DNA of 64,000 bases, from the NCBI RefSeq assembly GCF_011745625.1, contig NW_027191457.1, positions 1,054,001 through 1,118,000 on the forward strand, written 5' to 3'. The position numbers and the translations under genes were made by a program. Under the pieces are notes generated by a model that had not been told where the DNA came from, ran no database searches, and saw nothing but the letters and a program-made list of their open reading frames with translations. The DNA is from Cladosporium halotolerans (lineage: Eukaryota). Position 1 is the first letter of the stretch; each line of letters opens with the position of its first letter. Of this stretch, positions 1 through 11,069 are shown piece after piece.

Positions 1-266
1 AGATTAGAGCTTGTTCTTCCGGCTCGGCTTCCAAAGAGTTCTAAGCACGCCAAAGAATAAGCCATGAGCAAGAAGTATGTCTCCGGTTTTGCGGGTGCCA
101 GAAATCCTAAAGCAAGACAGAAACTAGAACAAAGGGCAAGACAAAAGTAAGGTGCAGCTCTTTCCATTGTGTGTCATGTACTTTTGTTTCGTTTCGTTAC
201 AAAATGCTCCATTCTCCGTTGATCATTCAAAGCAAGCACGCGGGATCAGAATCAGACTGAACGCGC

Positions 267-1491
267 TTACCTCTGGCGGCCGAAAGTGCCGGGGCCCTCG
301 GGCTTGTTCTTCAGCACGTCCTCGATCTTGCTCATGATCTCGGGCGTGAGCTTGGGCACCAGCTTCATCGCCTTGCAGTTGTCCTCGATCTGCGCGACCT
401 TGGTCGCGCCCAGGATCACGGTGCTGACGTTGGGGTTCATGACGCACCTGGGATCATGTCAGTAAGGGTGTGCTCAATGGGGCTTCTCGGGGTAGGTGGT
501 GAACATGACTTACCAGGCAAGCGACAGCTGCGCGACGTTGCCGCCCAGCGACTCGGCGATCTTGGTGAGCTCGCGCACCTTGGCGATCTTCGCCTTGCCC
601 TCCTCGGTCTGCAGCGAGTTGACGGTGTTCTCGAAGAAGGCCTTGTTCTGCGCGAATCGGCTGTCCTCGGGGATGCCGTCGTTGTACTTGCCGGTGAGAA
701 GACCGGAGGCGAGAGGAGACCAGATGGTGGTGCCGTACTGGAACTGGTCGTAAAGAGGGGCGTACTCGACCTCAAAGCGCTGGCGGTGGAAGGCGTTGTA
801 CTGAGGCTGCTCGGCGATGGGAGCGATGAGGTTGTACCTGGGTGGGATGTTAGCTGTGTTGAGTGATTATGGAAATGCAGGGAGACTCACTTCTCAGCAA
901 TCTGGGTAGCCTCCATGATCTGAACAGCAGACCACTCGGAGGTACCCCAGTAGTAGGCGAGGTTCAGGTTGCGGATGACCTGAGTGAAGCCCTCGACGAT
1001 CTCCTTCATCGGGGTGCCCACGTCAGGCCTGTGGGCCAGAACGATATCCACATACGGCTGCTGCAGCCTCTCCAGCGAGCTCTTGAGGCCCTCGACGACA
1101 TGCTTCCTGCTCAGGCCGCGGGTGTTGGGCTCCTTGCGGCCGGTGCCGAAGAAGACCTTTGTGCTCAGCACGTACTCGTCGCGCGGCCAGTTGAGCTCCT
1201 TGAGCGCGTTGCCCATCTCCACCTCGCACTGCCCGTTGGCGTAGACCTCGGCGGTGTCGAAGAAGTTGATGCCGTGGTCCCAGGCGGCCTGCATGCACTC
1301 CTTGACGATCGAGCCGTTCTGCGTGCCGCCGTAGGTGAGCCAGCCGCCCAGCGAGAGGACGGAGACCTTCAGGCCGCTGGGGCCGAGGTGGCGGAATTGC
1401 TGAAGAAAAGTTAGCATTGAGCCATCATAGTGGAAGAGACGAAAGCTCGTACCATATCCTTGGGGTCGAACTGAGACCTGACGGCAGACAT
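267..1491 (-). CDS. Aldo-keto reductase, voltage-gated K+ channel beta-subunit (Kv-beta) family; 4 exons (1491-1453, 1399-891, 837-514, 447-267)
   Basis: Spliced product [33 protein letters not shown]...[11 protein letters not shown]...STKVFFG...YYWGTSEWS...[13 protein letters not shown]...VILGAT carries the AKR motifs. Three GT..CTRAC..AG introns restore the frame. Confidence 0.93.
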
Positions 1492-2684
1492 TTTGGCGGT
1501 GGTGTGGAAGTTGGTGTGGCGGGGTTGTTGGAGCTTCCGGAGGGGGTAGAGGGAAGATGTTGTGGTGGAAGAGAGACGGGATGGTCTGGCGGTGGGAAGA
1601 GGGCAGAAGATATTGGAATGCTTGCAAATGGAGGGCTTCATATCGCCGCTAATGCCGAAAGCACCTGCCCGTTCGCGATGGCGTGGACCTTCCCTCGAGC
1701 GGCTGAAGCTGCCTACCTGCCGTTCTGCTGCTGTGACCACGCGGTGACAGGCACGCGGTGTCTGAATGCGGCGCTGTAAGTGATGTCCCGACCGAACTCT
1801 ATTTCATCTAGTGACAATGTTTCCTCGGCGGGCGCAGACAGCCTTTGTCGCGTTTGCCATTGTCTTCACACTGACCACGGGGGCTGTCTGTTAACACGTC
1901 ATTGCCATTGAACCGTGAGGCGGGGTAGCACATCATGGTGGCAACACGGCAAAAACGGAATCGCTTCGACAGAGGCAGGTCGCCACCGGCGCGGAAAAGT
2001 AGTGCCGATGGACAATCGTCTACATGGGAACGTGTCTACTGTATCGAGATTTGCACATGTCAATGCGTGAAGGGCTAGGTGAAGATCGCGGAAAGTGGAG
2101 GGCGTTCACCTTCTCTCAACGCTGGGCAAATTCCTGGAAGCCTCGGCTTGACGAAGCTGTCAATGCTTAGGTAAGATGTCTCCATTTGCGATTGCTTGGA
2201 TCGTCCATCTCTACTAGGTCTCCATGCCTTTCATATTGTTCATGCATGGCATTCTGGGCTGCCGCATTAGTTTCACGACGGCATGCTGAGTCCGGCCTGG
2301 AAAGCCCGATCTGATTTTCAAGGCATTGTTGATTGAAGCGGAAGTAATGTCTGTTTTGAATTCCGTACATATGAGAAGATAATTATATCTAAAAGTCGTC
2401 GTTCAGGCTCTCCCAGACAGACACCTCCGTGTCCAGTCCAGAAAGTCGCCCTTCACAAAAGAGAAAGCCGAAGAAGTCGTAAGCGGCCGCGCGAGGTCGT
2501 TAAGTTATATCCATCGGTCGCGTCCGTGTTGGTGATAAATGCAGTCGCTTTCCCCATGGTATCATCAAAATCAATCCCGTTGCGCAAAAAAACCCCAACC
2601 AAAACGCCATTTCCCAGTCCTCCCATGCCCCGTGATCCAATCCAACTCCTAGCGAGAAACCTCGCCGTCAAATTCCCTCCTCTT

Positions 2685-5600
2685 TCACCTTTCCATCCCA
2701 ATCATTCCTCTCGCCCGCTGCCGAAGCCTGGGCGATCCCGAAGTACCAATGATCCTATTCCTCCTTCCAACAACCGCCCTCGGAGCCACCTGCTCCGAAG
2801 ACTGGTCCTTCACATCAAGCTCGCCGTACATCTTCAGCACGCCGGCTTCCATGTCAGCCTGGTTCGACTCGTCGCACGGCACCAGCTCGCCGTCCACCCA
2901 GCGCTTGCCCTTGGGCGCTTGCGCCTGAGCATCCTCGGTGTCGTCGAGCTCGCCGTACATCTTCAGAACCCCGGCTTCCATGTCCGCCTGGCTCGCCTCG
3001 TCGCAGTCCACCAGCTGCCCGTCGACCCAGCGCTTCGTCTTCCTGCTGCTGGCGCTGGTGTTCACGCCCGCAGGCCCGTACGGCGACTCGTAGCCCGCGT
3101 CGTCCGCCGTCTTCAGCGCGGCCGAGTACGCCAGGTACCAGGTGCGGCTGGCGCCGCCGTCGAGCATCTGGTCCGTGTACTCGCCCGTCTTGCCCGCGAA
3201 GAAGTCGTAGCTGGCCGTCGAGTCGACGAGCGCCAGGTTCGCCATCAGGATGCCGCGCCAGCCGGTCGTGATGCTGCTGGCGCGCGAGGCGAACAGCTGC
3301 TCCCACTCCGTGCGCACGAAGTCGCGGCGCCGCGTGATGGTGCTGAACGGCATCATCGGGATCATGTTGATGCCCTGGATGTATTCGATGTTGGCGCCGA
3401 AGTACGTCGTGTGGTCGATTTTGTTCTCGAACAGGATGCCCGCCGCGCGGTTGCGGATGTACTCTTGCGGCTGGACCTCGTTGCTGTCGCGGTACAGGTA
3501 GTAGTTGTCCAGGCTGCGCGCTTGGATGGCCAGCATGAGGTTGCCGCGGGCTTCCATCGCCTTGTCACCCGTCACGAATCCCCACATCTTGATCGCGTAC
3601 GAGGCCATGGCGTCTTCGGACGAGGACTCCTGGTCCTTTCCGTCGGCGCTGGCGAACAGGCCTTTGGCCCAGGAGTGGCCGTGGTACCAGTCGAAGTTGC
3701 GCGAGAAGGGGAAGAACGGGTCGTCGGAGATGGAGTTGGCGTAGTCGCGGACCAGTGTGTTGACCCAGGCCTTGTTGGTGCCGGCCTCGAGCCAGCTGGG
3801 GTCCAGGTAGGCGATGACGGCGGCGGCGTAGACGTGGTAGCCGTAGTGGAAGTGGTGGTCGTTATAGAACGTGTTGCCGAAGTCCTGGCCGCTGTTGCCC
3901 GTCTGGTAGGAGGCGATGCTGGATGCGCCGCCCCATGCGTTCTCGTACACCAGAGGGAACTGCTGCCTGTTCTCGACGAACCTCGCCATGGCGTTCTTCA
4001 GCCTGTCCAGTCCGCCCTGAGCAAGCGAAGCGTTCTGTGCCATGTCCTGTACCGCGAAGACCACGCCGGCATACTTGGCAAGCTCTTTGCCAGAGTAGTA
4101 CATGGAGTCAAGGTTGCTCATCCTGTCCATGTCCTGCTGGAGCTCGGCAGTGCCGGCTTGGTTGATCAACGCCGCAGCCTCGGCGGAGACAGCCCTGATA
4201 CTGCCGTAGCCAGGCTGGTAGGGAGCAAATTCCATATCGATGGGCAAGTCGTTCTCGACCATAGTCCAGCTGTCGCCACGGATGGCAACGCCGTTGCCCT
4301 TGACAGTAGTCATGAGCTTGACATCCGTCACACCACCCTTCGTCTCATCCGAGAGCGACTGCATGTGGTGCGGCAGAGCGAACATCAGCAGCTGCTGGCT
4401 CTGGACACCGCCCTTTTGCCATGAAATGGTATACCTACCCGCAGTACCATCCACGGAGCCGGAAATGCTGGCGGACGTTGGGTACGCACCAGCAGCGCTG
4501 TCGTAGACGGCAACTGCATCACTCGTCTCGGCAGGAATCTTGGCGACCTGAATGGTGCCTTCGAAACCAGAGGGACCTTGAACGTTGTTTCCATCGATCA
4601 GCGTGAAACTGTTGACATCGTAGTTCGAGTCTTGTGGAGTCACGTATGCTAACCAGGAGAACCCGTTCCTCATCTCCATCCGATACTTGTGAGCAGCGTT
4701 GTTTCCGACAGCACCGACGTAGGTGATGGTTTGGATCCCGACGCCGGAAGCAATGACCGGCGTGGACTGCGTGTAGCGGGCTGTGATAAAACCCATGCCC
4801 TGGACAAGGGGGAAGGTGATCCTAGAGTTGCCGTTGCTGCGAGGGGAAAGGTTCACATTGACAGAGAATCCCTCGAGGGAGTCAGTGGTCAGCTGTGTGT
4901 CCTGGCCCAACTCGGTTGACGACAGGATGACAGAGTGGACGCCGAGGGGGCTGGCATAGAACTTCCAAGCGCCCGTGACCGGGTCTGTCTCTCCCCCAGC
5001 GAATTGCTGACGTTCGGTGTGCGAGATTGCCATGCCGTAGCTGCCAGTAGCTCCGCTGCCATTCGCCCAAACAACAGAGTACGGGAAAGTGTAGGAAGGC
5101 AGAGCCTGGTCCTCAAGGAAGAAGTTGGAGTAGAACTTGTTGGTCTGCAGCTTCTTCTGCTGAGGCTGGATACCCTTCCTAGGGGCAGGGTGGTCGTTGC
5201 GCCTGGACAGCTGCTGAGGCGGCTCATCGGTAGCAATAGGCTGGAAGATGTCGCTGACGGTGATGCTGAGCTTCGTCGAAGTGGTGCTGACATCAGGAAT
5301 GGCCACAGTCTCCGTCAGCGACAGGACGACGCTCGAAGTAGCCATTGTCGTGGGGAACGGAATGACGGATGAGCGGCCATCAGTGTTCAGAGACGTGGGC
5401 AGCTGAGTCGTAGAAGGCGCATTGTCCATGATGGACGAACGTGAAGCAGTCTGAACGGCCGAAGTCGAAAGCATTGTCAAAGACTCATCAGGGACACTCG
5501 GAGGAGTCACTTCGGAGTCTCCTGATGAACTTGCTGGCGCTTCCACCGATGTGACCGATGCTTGATCAGCAGGCGGAGAGGCAGACACAGAAGTCGGCGC

Positions 5601-7160
5601 GGGCGGGGCTTCAGATGCTGGCTCGGTCGCAGGCTGAGAAGCAGGCACAGAAGTAGGTGCGGGAGCAGGCTCAGATGCAGGCTGAGTCGCAGGCTGGCTA
5701 GACTCCTGAGTAGCAGGTTCTGCAGGAGCCTGGGTAGAAGTCTGAGCAACAGGAACTTCGGTCGTAGACTCCGCGCTCGGTGCACTAGAAGACACCGGAG
5801 ATGCCGGAGCCTCGCTCTCCTGCTGAACAGACGTGCTGCTCTCGGTCACCGGAGAAGGAACCGCTGGCGTTGCGCTGGTCACGTCCTCCGAAGTAGACGA
5901 CGGAGGAAACGGGTTGTAGAAGTCCACAGTCGAGGTCGAGGAAGTTGCCTCAGCGCTAGATACGGCTTCTTGCGTAGTCGACGAAGGAGGATTCGGGTTG
6001 TAGAAGTCGATCGTTGACTGCGAAGAGGTAGTGGCAGCGCTAGAGATAACCTCCTGCGTAGCAGAAGACGGCGGATTCGGGTTGTAGAAATCTATCGTCG
6101 ACTGCGAAGAGGTCACAGGGGTGGGCGTGACCCTCTCAGCAGTAGCCGGGAAACCCGTAGTCGTGTCCGTGTGCGTCGACCATGTCAGCGTAATGCTGCC
6201 GTAGACGAGCGGCGAAGATGTCAGCGAGGCAGCAGCAGCAGAAGCGCTCGCCTCAGCTTCGCTCGCAATGCTAGAAGCAACAGCGGCGGCACTATCCACA
6301 GCATCGCTAGCAACACTGACAGCGGCAGAAGCCACGCTCGTAGCTGAAGACGCAGCGTCAGAAAAGAGCGGCACAGTCGCTGCGGCCTGATCCTGGTTTT
6401 GGACGTCGCTCGTCGAAGACGTCCAGGATTGGGAGTAGGTCTTGGTGATAGAGACCTCGAGCGCCATTGGTGCAGAGCTGCTTGACGCAGTCCACGTATC
6501 ATTGCTCCATGACTGTGCCGCCTGAGCAGGTGCTACCGACTCAGAGGTCGTAAGATCCCGATTCTGGATCGTCATCGTTGATGCCGTGCTCCAAACGGTG
6601 ACTGTCGATGCGTCCAGAACGGGCGGCACAGGAGTGTGAGACGCATGGTGATTCCAGTTCGTGACGGTGGACGTGTCAACGGTTTCCCAGATCGTCGATG
6701 TCAAGATCTCGCCAGAGGGAGAGACCACAGGCATCGAGTGGGACTCCGGCCAGTCTGTGACAGTGGCCGTGGAAACCGTGCTCCATTCCGTCTCCGTCAA
6801 GACTCCAGTTGGCGGTGACTCCTTGGCTGCCGACATCCAGTGTTCCATATGCTCCGAGAACTCAGCGACTTTCGAGGCCGGAATATCAAGTTCGCTCGCT
6901 ATTTTGGCCACAGGGATTCCAGTAAAGTGCTCAGCGTTTTCGTCCAAAGGTGATGTCGACGGCCATGAAGCCGACTTGATCCCTTCAGGCGGGACGACAT
7001 TGTTCGGTGCGAAATGAGCCTTAGGTCCTGCAACCAGTCTGCCAGAATCCGGGTTAATCCGAGGAGCATAAGGGTATGCGGACGAGACCTGTGCTTGTGC
7101 AATCGCCATCAGCGGTAGAAATTTAGAAGCCCTCATCAGGCTGGTAGATTGTCTCTCCAT
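2685..7160 (-). CDS. Secreted GH81 endo-1,3(4)-beta-glucanase (Eng1/Acf2-like) with long Ser/Thr/Pro-rich N-terminal region and C-terminal repeats
   Basis: Intronless ~1490-aa ORF with QTNKFYSNFFL, YYSGKELAK, DFGNTFYNDHHFHYGY, DWYHGHSWAKGLF, DGKDQESSSED and GASRTWYL, all GH81 hallmarks. Signal-like MRASKFLPLMAIAQAQ starts at ATG 7136; ATG 7160 is in frame. Confidence 0.93.
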   Translation of the reverse strand: MERQSTSLMRASKFLPLMAIAQAQVSSAYPYAPRINPDSGRLVAGPKAHFAPNNVVPPEGIKSASWPSTSPLDENAEHFTGIPVAKIASELDIPASKVAEFSEHMEHWMSAAKESPPTGVLTETEWSTVSTATVTDWPESHSMPVVSPSGEILTSTIWETVDTSTVTNWNHHASHTPVPPVLDASTVTVWSTASTMTIQNRDLTTSESVAPAQAAQSWSNDTWTASSSSAPMALEVSITKTYSQSWTSSTSDVQNQDQAAATVPLFSDAASSATSVASAAVSVASDAVDSAAAVASSIASEAEASASAAAASLTSSPLVYGSITLTWSTHTDTTTGFPATAERVTPTPVTSSQSTIDFYNPNPPSSATQEVISSAATTSSQSTIDFYNPNPPSSTTQEAVSSAEATSSTSTVDFYNPFPPSSTSEDVTSATPAVPSPVTESSTSVQQESEAPASPVSSSAPSAESTTEVPVAQTSTQAPAEPATQESSQPATQPASEPAPAPTSVPASQPATEPASEAPPAPTSVSASPPADQASVTSVEAPASSSGDSEVTPPSVPDESLTMLSTSAVQTASRSSIMDNAPSTTQLPTSLNTDGRSSVIPFPTTMATSSVVLSLTETVAIPDVSTTSTKLSITVSDIFQPIATDEPPQQLSRRNDHPAPRKGIQPQQKKLQTNKFYSNFFLEDQALPSYTFPYSVVWANGSGATGSYGMAISHTERQQFAGGETDPVTGAWKFYASPLGVHSVILSSTELGQDTQLTTDSLEGFSVNVNLSPRSNGNSRITFPLVQGMGFITARYTQSTPVIASGVGIQTITYVGAVGNNAAHKYRMEMRNGFSWLAYVTPQDSNYDVNSFTLIDGNNVQGPSGFEGTIQVAKIPAETSDAVAVYDSAAGAYPTSASISGSVDGTAGRYTISWQKGGVQSQQLLMFALPHHMQSLSDETKGGVTDVKLMTTVKGNGVAIRGDSWTMVENDLPIDMEFAPYQPGYGSIRAVSAEAAALINQAGTAELQQDMDRMSNLDSMYYSGKELAKYAGVVFAVQDMAQNASLAQGGLDRLKNAMARFVENRQQFPLVYENAWGGASSIASYQTGNSGQDFGNTFYNDHHFHYGYHVYAAAVIAYLDPSWLEAGTNKAWVNTLVRDYANSISDDPFFPFSRNFDWYHGHSWAKGLFASADGKDQESSSEDAMASYAIKMWGFVTGDKAMEARGNLMLAIQARSLDNYYLYRDSNEVQPQEYIRNRAAGILFENKIDHTTYFGANIEYIQGINMIPMMPFSTITRRRDFVRTEWEQLFASRASSITTGWRGILMANLALVDSTASYDFFAGKTGEYTDQMLDGGASRTWYLAYSAALKTADDAGYESPYGPAGVNTSASSRKTKRWVDGQLVDCDEASQADMEAGVLKMYGELDDTEDAQAQAPKGKRWVDGELVPCDESNQADMEAGVLKMYGELDVKDQSSEQVAPRAVVGRRNRIIGTSGSPRLRQRARGMIGMER
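2814..3035 (-). repeat. Two 31-aa coding repeats (period 129 nt), KRWVDG(Q/E)LV(D/P)CDExxQADMEAGVLKMYGELD
   Basis: Units at 3035-2943 and 2906-2814, near-identical in DNA and protein. Confidence 0.9.
5895..6110 (-). repeat. Three 28-aa coding repeats (period 84 nt), SSxST(I/V)DFYNP(N/F)PPSS, in the GH81 N-terminal region
   Basis: gttgtagaa anchors at 5913, 5997 and 6081. Confidence 0.88.
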
Positions 7161-9176
7161 GATGGAGGACGTTGTGAGTAGGGTCTGTGTCAATAAAAAT
7201 CAATCTCAATACAAAGGCAATGGGGAATACTCAGGCCTATTTGGCCACTAAGATGCGGTTCCGCCTCGCGCTTCAGACAAGAGCCTTGTGATACTGGCGG
7301 CGGTCTTTCTGACAGACAAGGGCGCCCGTGAGCGCTGCGTGGCTTTCGACGGCGTCGATCGCCTTCGGGGAACCAGGATCTTTCAACAGTTAAAAGGACG
7401 AGTAGTACAAGATTCTCCGCAACGGGAACAAGAGCGTGACACTGTGATTACAAGAGTGGACAAGAGGGGTGCCGCATGCAAGACCTCGGCGGCGTGTGCG
7501 GGATGCTGCGGATTAGAGACGAGTGGTGATGGGCAAAGATGGACGAGTATCCAGCGACGTGGACGTATGGGGATCGAGTGTTTGCGGTACGTGGATGGGG
7601 ATCACGAGTTATAGGTACCTACCTGGAGTTGCCACGGCCGTTGGGTGGCAGAGTAGCGCGTCCTGCTCGGCAGAGGCTGATGTTCACCAGGTAACGACTC
7701 CACGAGCCTGGAATGCAGAGGCCAAGGCAGGCCGTTGGGCGCGCGGGCAACACACCGAAGACACCTCTTCTGTGTGTCTCTGGCCTCCTCCTCGCCGGCC
7801 GCTTTGGGGGCGAGCGGTTGGCTATGTGTGACTGCGGGAATGACCCATGTCTCGGACTGAGCGTGACATCTTCAAGGCCACGGTGTGACCAGCTGAGGCT
7901 CAAAGAGCGCGCTCGTCACGCCGTCCACGCACCGCGAACACACGGCAGCAGGACCACGCCGCGGCTGTGAGCGTGCGCAGTCGGTCGTCGGTGCATCAAC
8001 ACACTTCTGCTTCGAGAGATGCCGTCGTCGACATCCAGACGCCATCGCCGGTGGTACCTAGGTAGGGCGAAGTTAGCGGGCCGGCCATGCGCGCCCTGCA
8101 GCCAAAGCTTGGGTCGATCGCGGCTGACCAGGGCTCGGCAGGTACCCGTCCGCCAACGAGGGCAGACGAGCATGCCGCCTACTCCTCCAGCGTCCTTTAG
8201 CTCCACACGGCTGCACGACGCCATCCATATGCGGTGTGTGCAAATCGTTCATGGTGAGGATAAAGTTCGGGGAGGCGAGATCGCATGCTATGCACAGACG
8301 AACGCCGCCACGCCGCGAGGCCTCCAGCGCGAGCGCCATTGTTTACACCATCCCGTTGCGCAATAACGACACGGCAACGGCGTCGCCGGCGGCGATCCAT
8401 CTTCACAGCCCCGGCGCATCGCAAACGGCTTCTGCTACTCATGAGCCCCAAGAAAAGCGCACACGTCGCAATCTGTGGCGCATGAGGTCCCAAGGCAGAA
8501 GGCGCTCCCTTGGCCGAAACACGCCAGGCCGTCGCCTCTCAGCCTCCGCAGCGCCTCGCGGCAGGTCGTCAACAAAGGCGTTCAGCGGCCGAGACAGCGC
8601 TGTCCCTCTGGCCCTTTGAGCGTGGCCTCGAAGCCGGGCCCCCGGGCCGCCCACGGTCGCACCCCCTGCACGCCAACTGCTGGACGCGGCGGGTGATACC
8701 TGTCACGCCTTGTCGGTTCGTCGGGACGTTTCTGTACGCCGATGCCAGTGTCACGAGTGGGATGCGTGGCTGCTGGGGTGGGTGCTGGAGGGAGCGGCGA
8801 CGTGTGTCTTTGGTGTTGGTAATCATCTGGGATATAGTGATCCTTCGGTGCTGCCGCTCCCTGCTCATTCTAGTGAGGTGAAAGTGTTGTTGGCGAGTAA
8901 TGATTGAGTTTATTGGTAATCATCGATTGAGCGAACTGTTTGAAACAATGCCGCCGCCTAGGTCTTATGCTGGCCGTCCGCCCAGCTCGTAGTCAAGTCC
9001 AGGCGTATGCCAGTTCCGCTCCTCGCGTTAGCAATATATGCTCGCAGCTGAGCTCTACCATCATGCGTGGCAGAATTTTGAATGACAACCACACATCCAA
9101 ATAGAAGCGAGTAAAATGAACTAATGATTACATTTCATGAAAGCCTGCTCACAAAAACAATGTTATGTCAAATACC

Positions 9177-10317
9177 TCACCTCCTCCTCGAGCCAAAGCT
9201 CAAGTTGCTTCTCGCCGTAGTCCCCAGCTTGTGAATCGCATCCCTCCTCGTCCACACACCGCTCCTGCCCTCAACCACACTGATGAACTCCTCCGCCAAC
9301 CGCTGCGCGAATGTGTTGTTGCCGCTGCCCCTGCTCTTCTTCTTCGACACGACGTCCAGGATCCACATCATCGCTTGCCGGCGGCGCTGGCGAAGACCGA
9401 GAGGCACGGGGATCTGCAGCGCCACACCACCGCCTGCTGCTCCGCGCTGGCTGCGGATGCGGAGGAGGGGTGCGATGCTGTCAAGCGCCAGGGTGAGGTA
9501 GAGGACGGGGTTGAGAGGGAGGTGAGACGCGGGCGGGGCACCGGGGAGCAGTGGTCGGCTGGGGTTGTAGGTGGGCGGGGGAGCGGTGCGCAGGACCGTG
9601 AGGATGTGCGCCATGTTGCGCTGCGCGGTCGCTTTCTTGCCGTGCTGCATGATCAGGTTCGTCACTTGGTTGACGACTTCGTCGTACCGGTATTTGCCTG
9701 CGTGGTGCGGCTTGCGGTCCGTCATGTCTGGGATGGGGAACTTGTGGCCGACGGCGGGCACGTTGACTCCGCCGGCGTACACGGCGCGCTGTTCTGACGA
9801 TGGGATCATGGATGGGTCGATTTCTGACGCGCCCGACTGCGCAGAGAGGTCCTCCTGTTGTCTCCTGGCGAAGGTGGAAAAGCTGCGGCTGCCCGAGGGC
9901 TTTGCGTTTGCGGCGCCCTGGCCGTTCTTCATCGAGTCCTGCATGACTTTGGGAGCGTTCTCACGAGCCTTCTTGTCCTCTTCGAGAATCTGTTCGCCAT
10001 GTTAGTCTCTGGCCTTCCATTGCGCAAATGTTCATAAAACGTACCTCCTGTACCGGTGTGCCCTGACCCTCGATATCCGGACCCTCGCCACCAGTGATCT
10101 TCGCCATCTTCGCCGCCTCCTCGCTCACATGCTCCTGCTGCTGCATGTTCGGCCCAACCTTGTCATCAGACTGCGGAAGTTTGCCAGGGTTGTTGACGGA
10201 TTTGTCGGCGTAGGTGCGGAAGACCGCAGGCCTCTGGAAGCCTGCGCGCAGGGCCGCAGTGGGTTTGGCGCGGACCGGAAGGGCGCGCAAGGCCGAGAAG
10301 GGATTCATGGCGGGCAT
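9177..10317 (-). CDS. RSM7: Mitochondrial small-subunit ribosomal protein S7 (uS7m); intron 10044-9990
   Basis: Arg-rich presequence, then NLIMQHGKKATAQ, QIPVPLGLRQRRRQAMMWI, LAEEFISVVEGRS and IHKLGTTARSN (S7 domain). GTACGT..CTAAC..CAG intron joins the two ORFs in frame. Confidence 0.9.
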
Positions 10318-11069
10318 TGTCGATGTGTTGGGTGTGGGTGGTTGTTGGCCCTGTCGTGTGCCTCGAAAGTCGCTGGCAATTCACGAATGCGGAGGTCGAT
10401 GAAGTCTTCGGCTCTGGGAGATCGGCCGCGGAGGACCCCAAAAGCCTCGCCCGCTGCGCCGACACCGCACGACAACTTGCCCACTCTGACCTCATCTACA
10501 TCCTTCTCCCTCATGCATCTACGTCCATGGGAGCTCCACTATTGCCAATGGGCCAGAAGCTAGAGAGATTGATTGAGACTACTGGCGTGAATTCACCAAA
10601 GTGACGTCGTGCCCACGTACCAAGAGCGTCTGCATGCTCAGCAACGATCGACTGGCTGCAATACGTGCATGAGGTGCGGGATATCTTGTACGAAGAAGGC
10701 AGGAACACATCTCACATGGTGCACGCCCTCCGTGGTTCTCCAGCTCGCTTGTCATCTGGCCGAATCCGAATCATCAAAACAAACACACCCTGCCTACATC
10801 ATGCATGTAAGATGTGGCTTACAAACACCCGGCATTCCCTAAATCCTACCAGAACGGCTTTTGTCGTTTTAGCCGTCAAGATGTCCGTCATGTTGCAGGA
10901 ACTACTGCAGTGAGTCGAACGGAGACCGCGCTTTGTAAGCCTGTAGCTTTGAGTATGATTCATTTGCGCGGAAGTCAAGCTTATGGCGGTCTGCAGTCAC
11001 CGTACGTATAGTATATTTAAAAGCCCAGGGCCATGTGTATGTTCGTAGGTAGTCGGAAACGAAGCTATC

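Noticed and set aside
200..270. GTAAGC donor-like site overlapping the AKR stop codon
   Set aside because: No convincing branch site plus YAG acceptor at normal distance; AGG TAA gives a natural end.
2526..4424. 632-aa plus-strand ORF opposite GH81 (likewise 13074-14471, 40192-41424, 48162-49583, 28950-30578)
   Set aside because: Antisense shadows of GC3-biased real genes; no motifs of their own.
7200..9000. Several CCAGC/GCTGG (Ace2-like) pentamers upstream of the glucanase
   Set aside because: Five-mers are expected often in GC-rich DNA; enrichment cannot be shown by eye.
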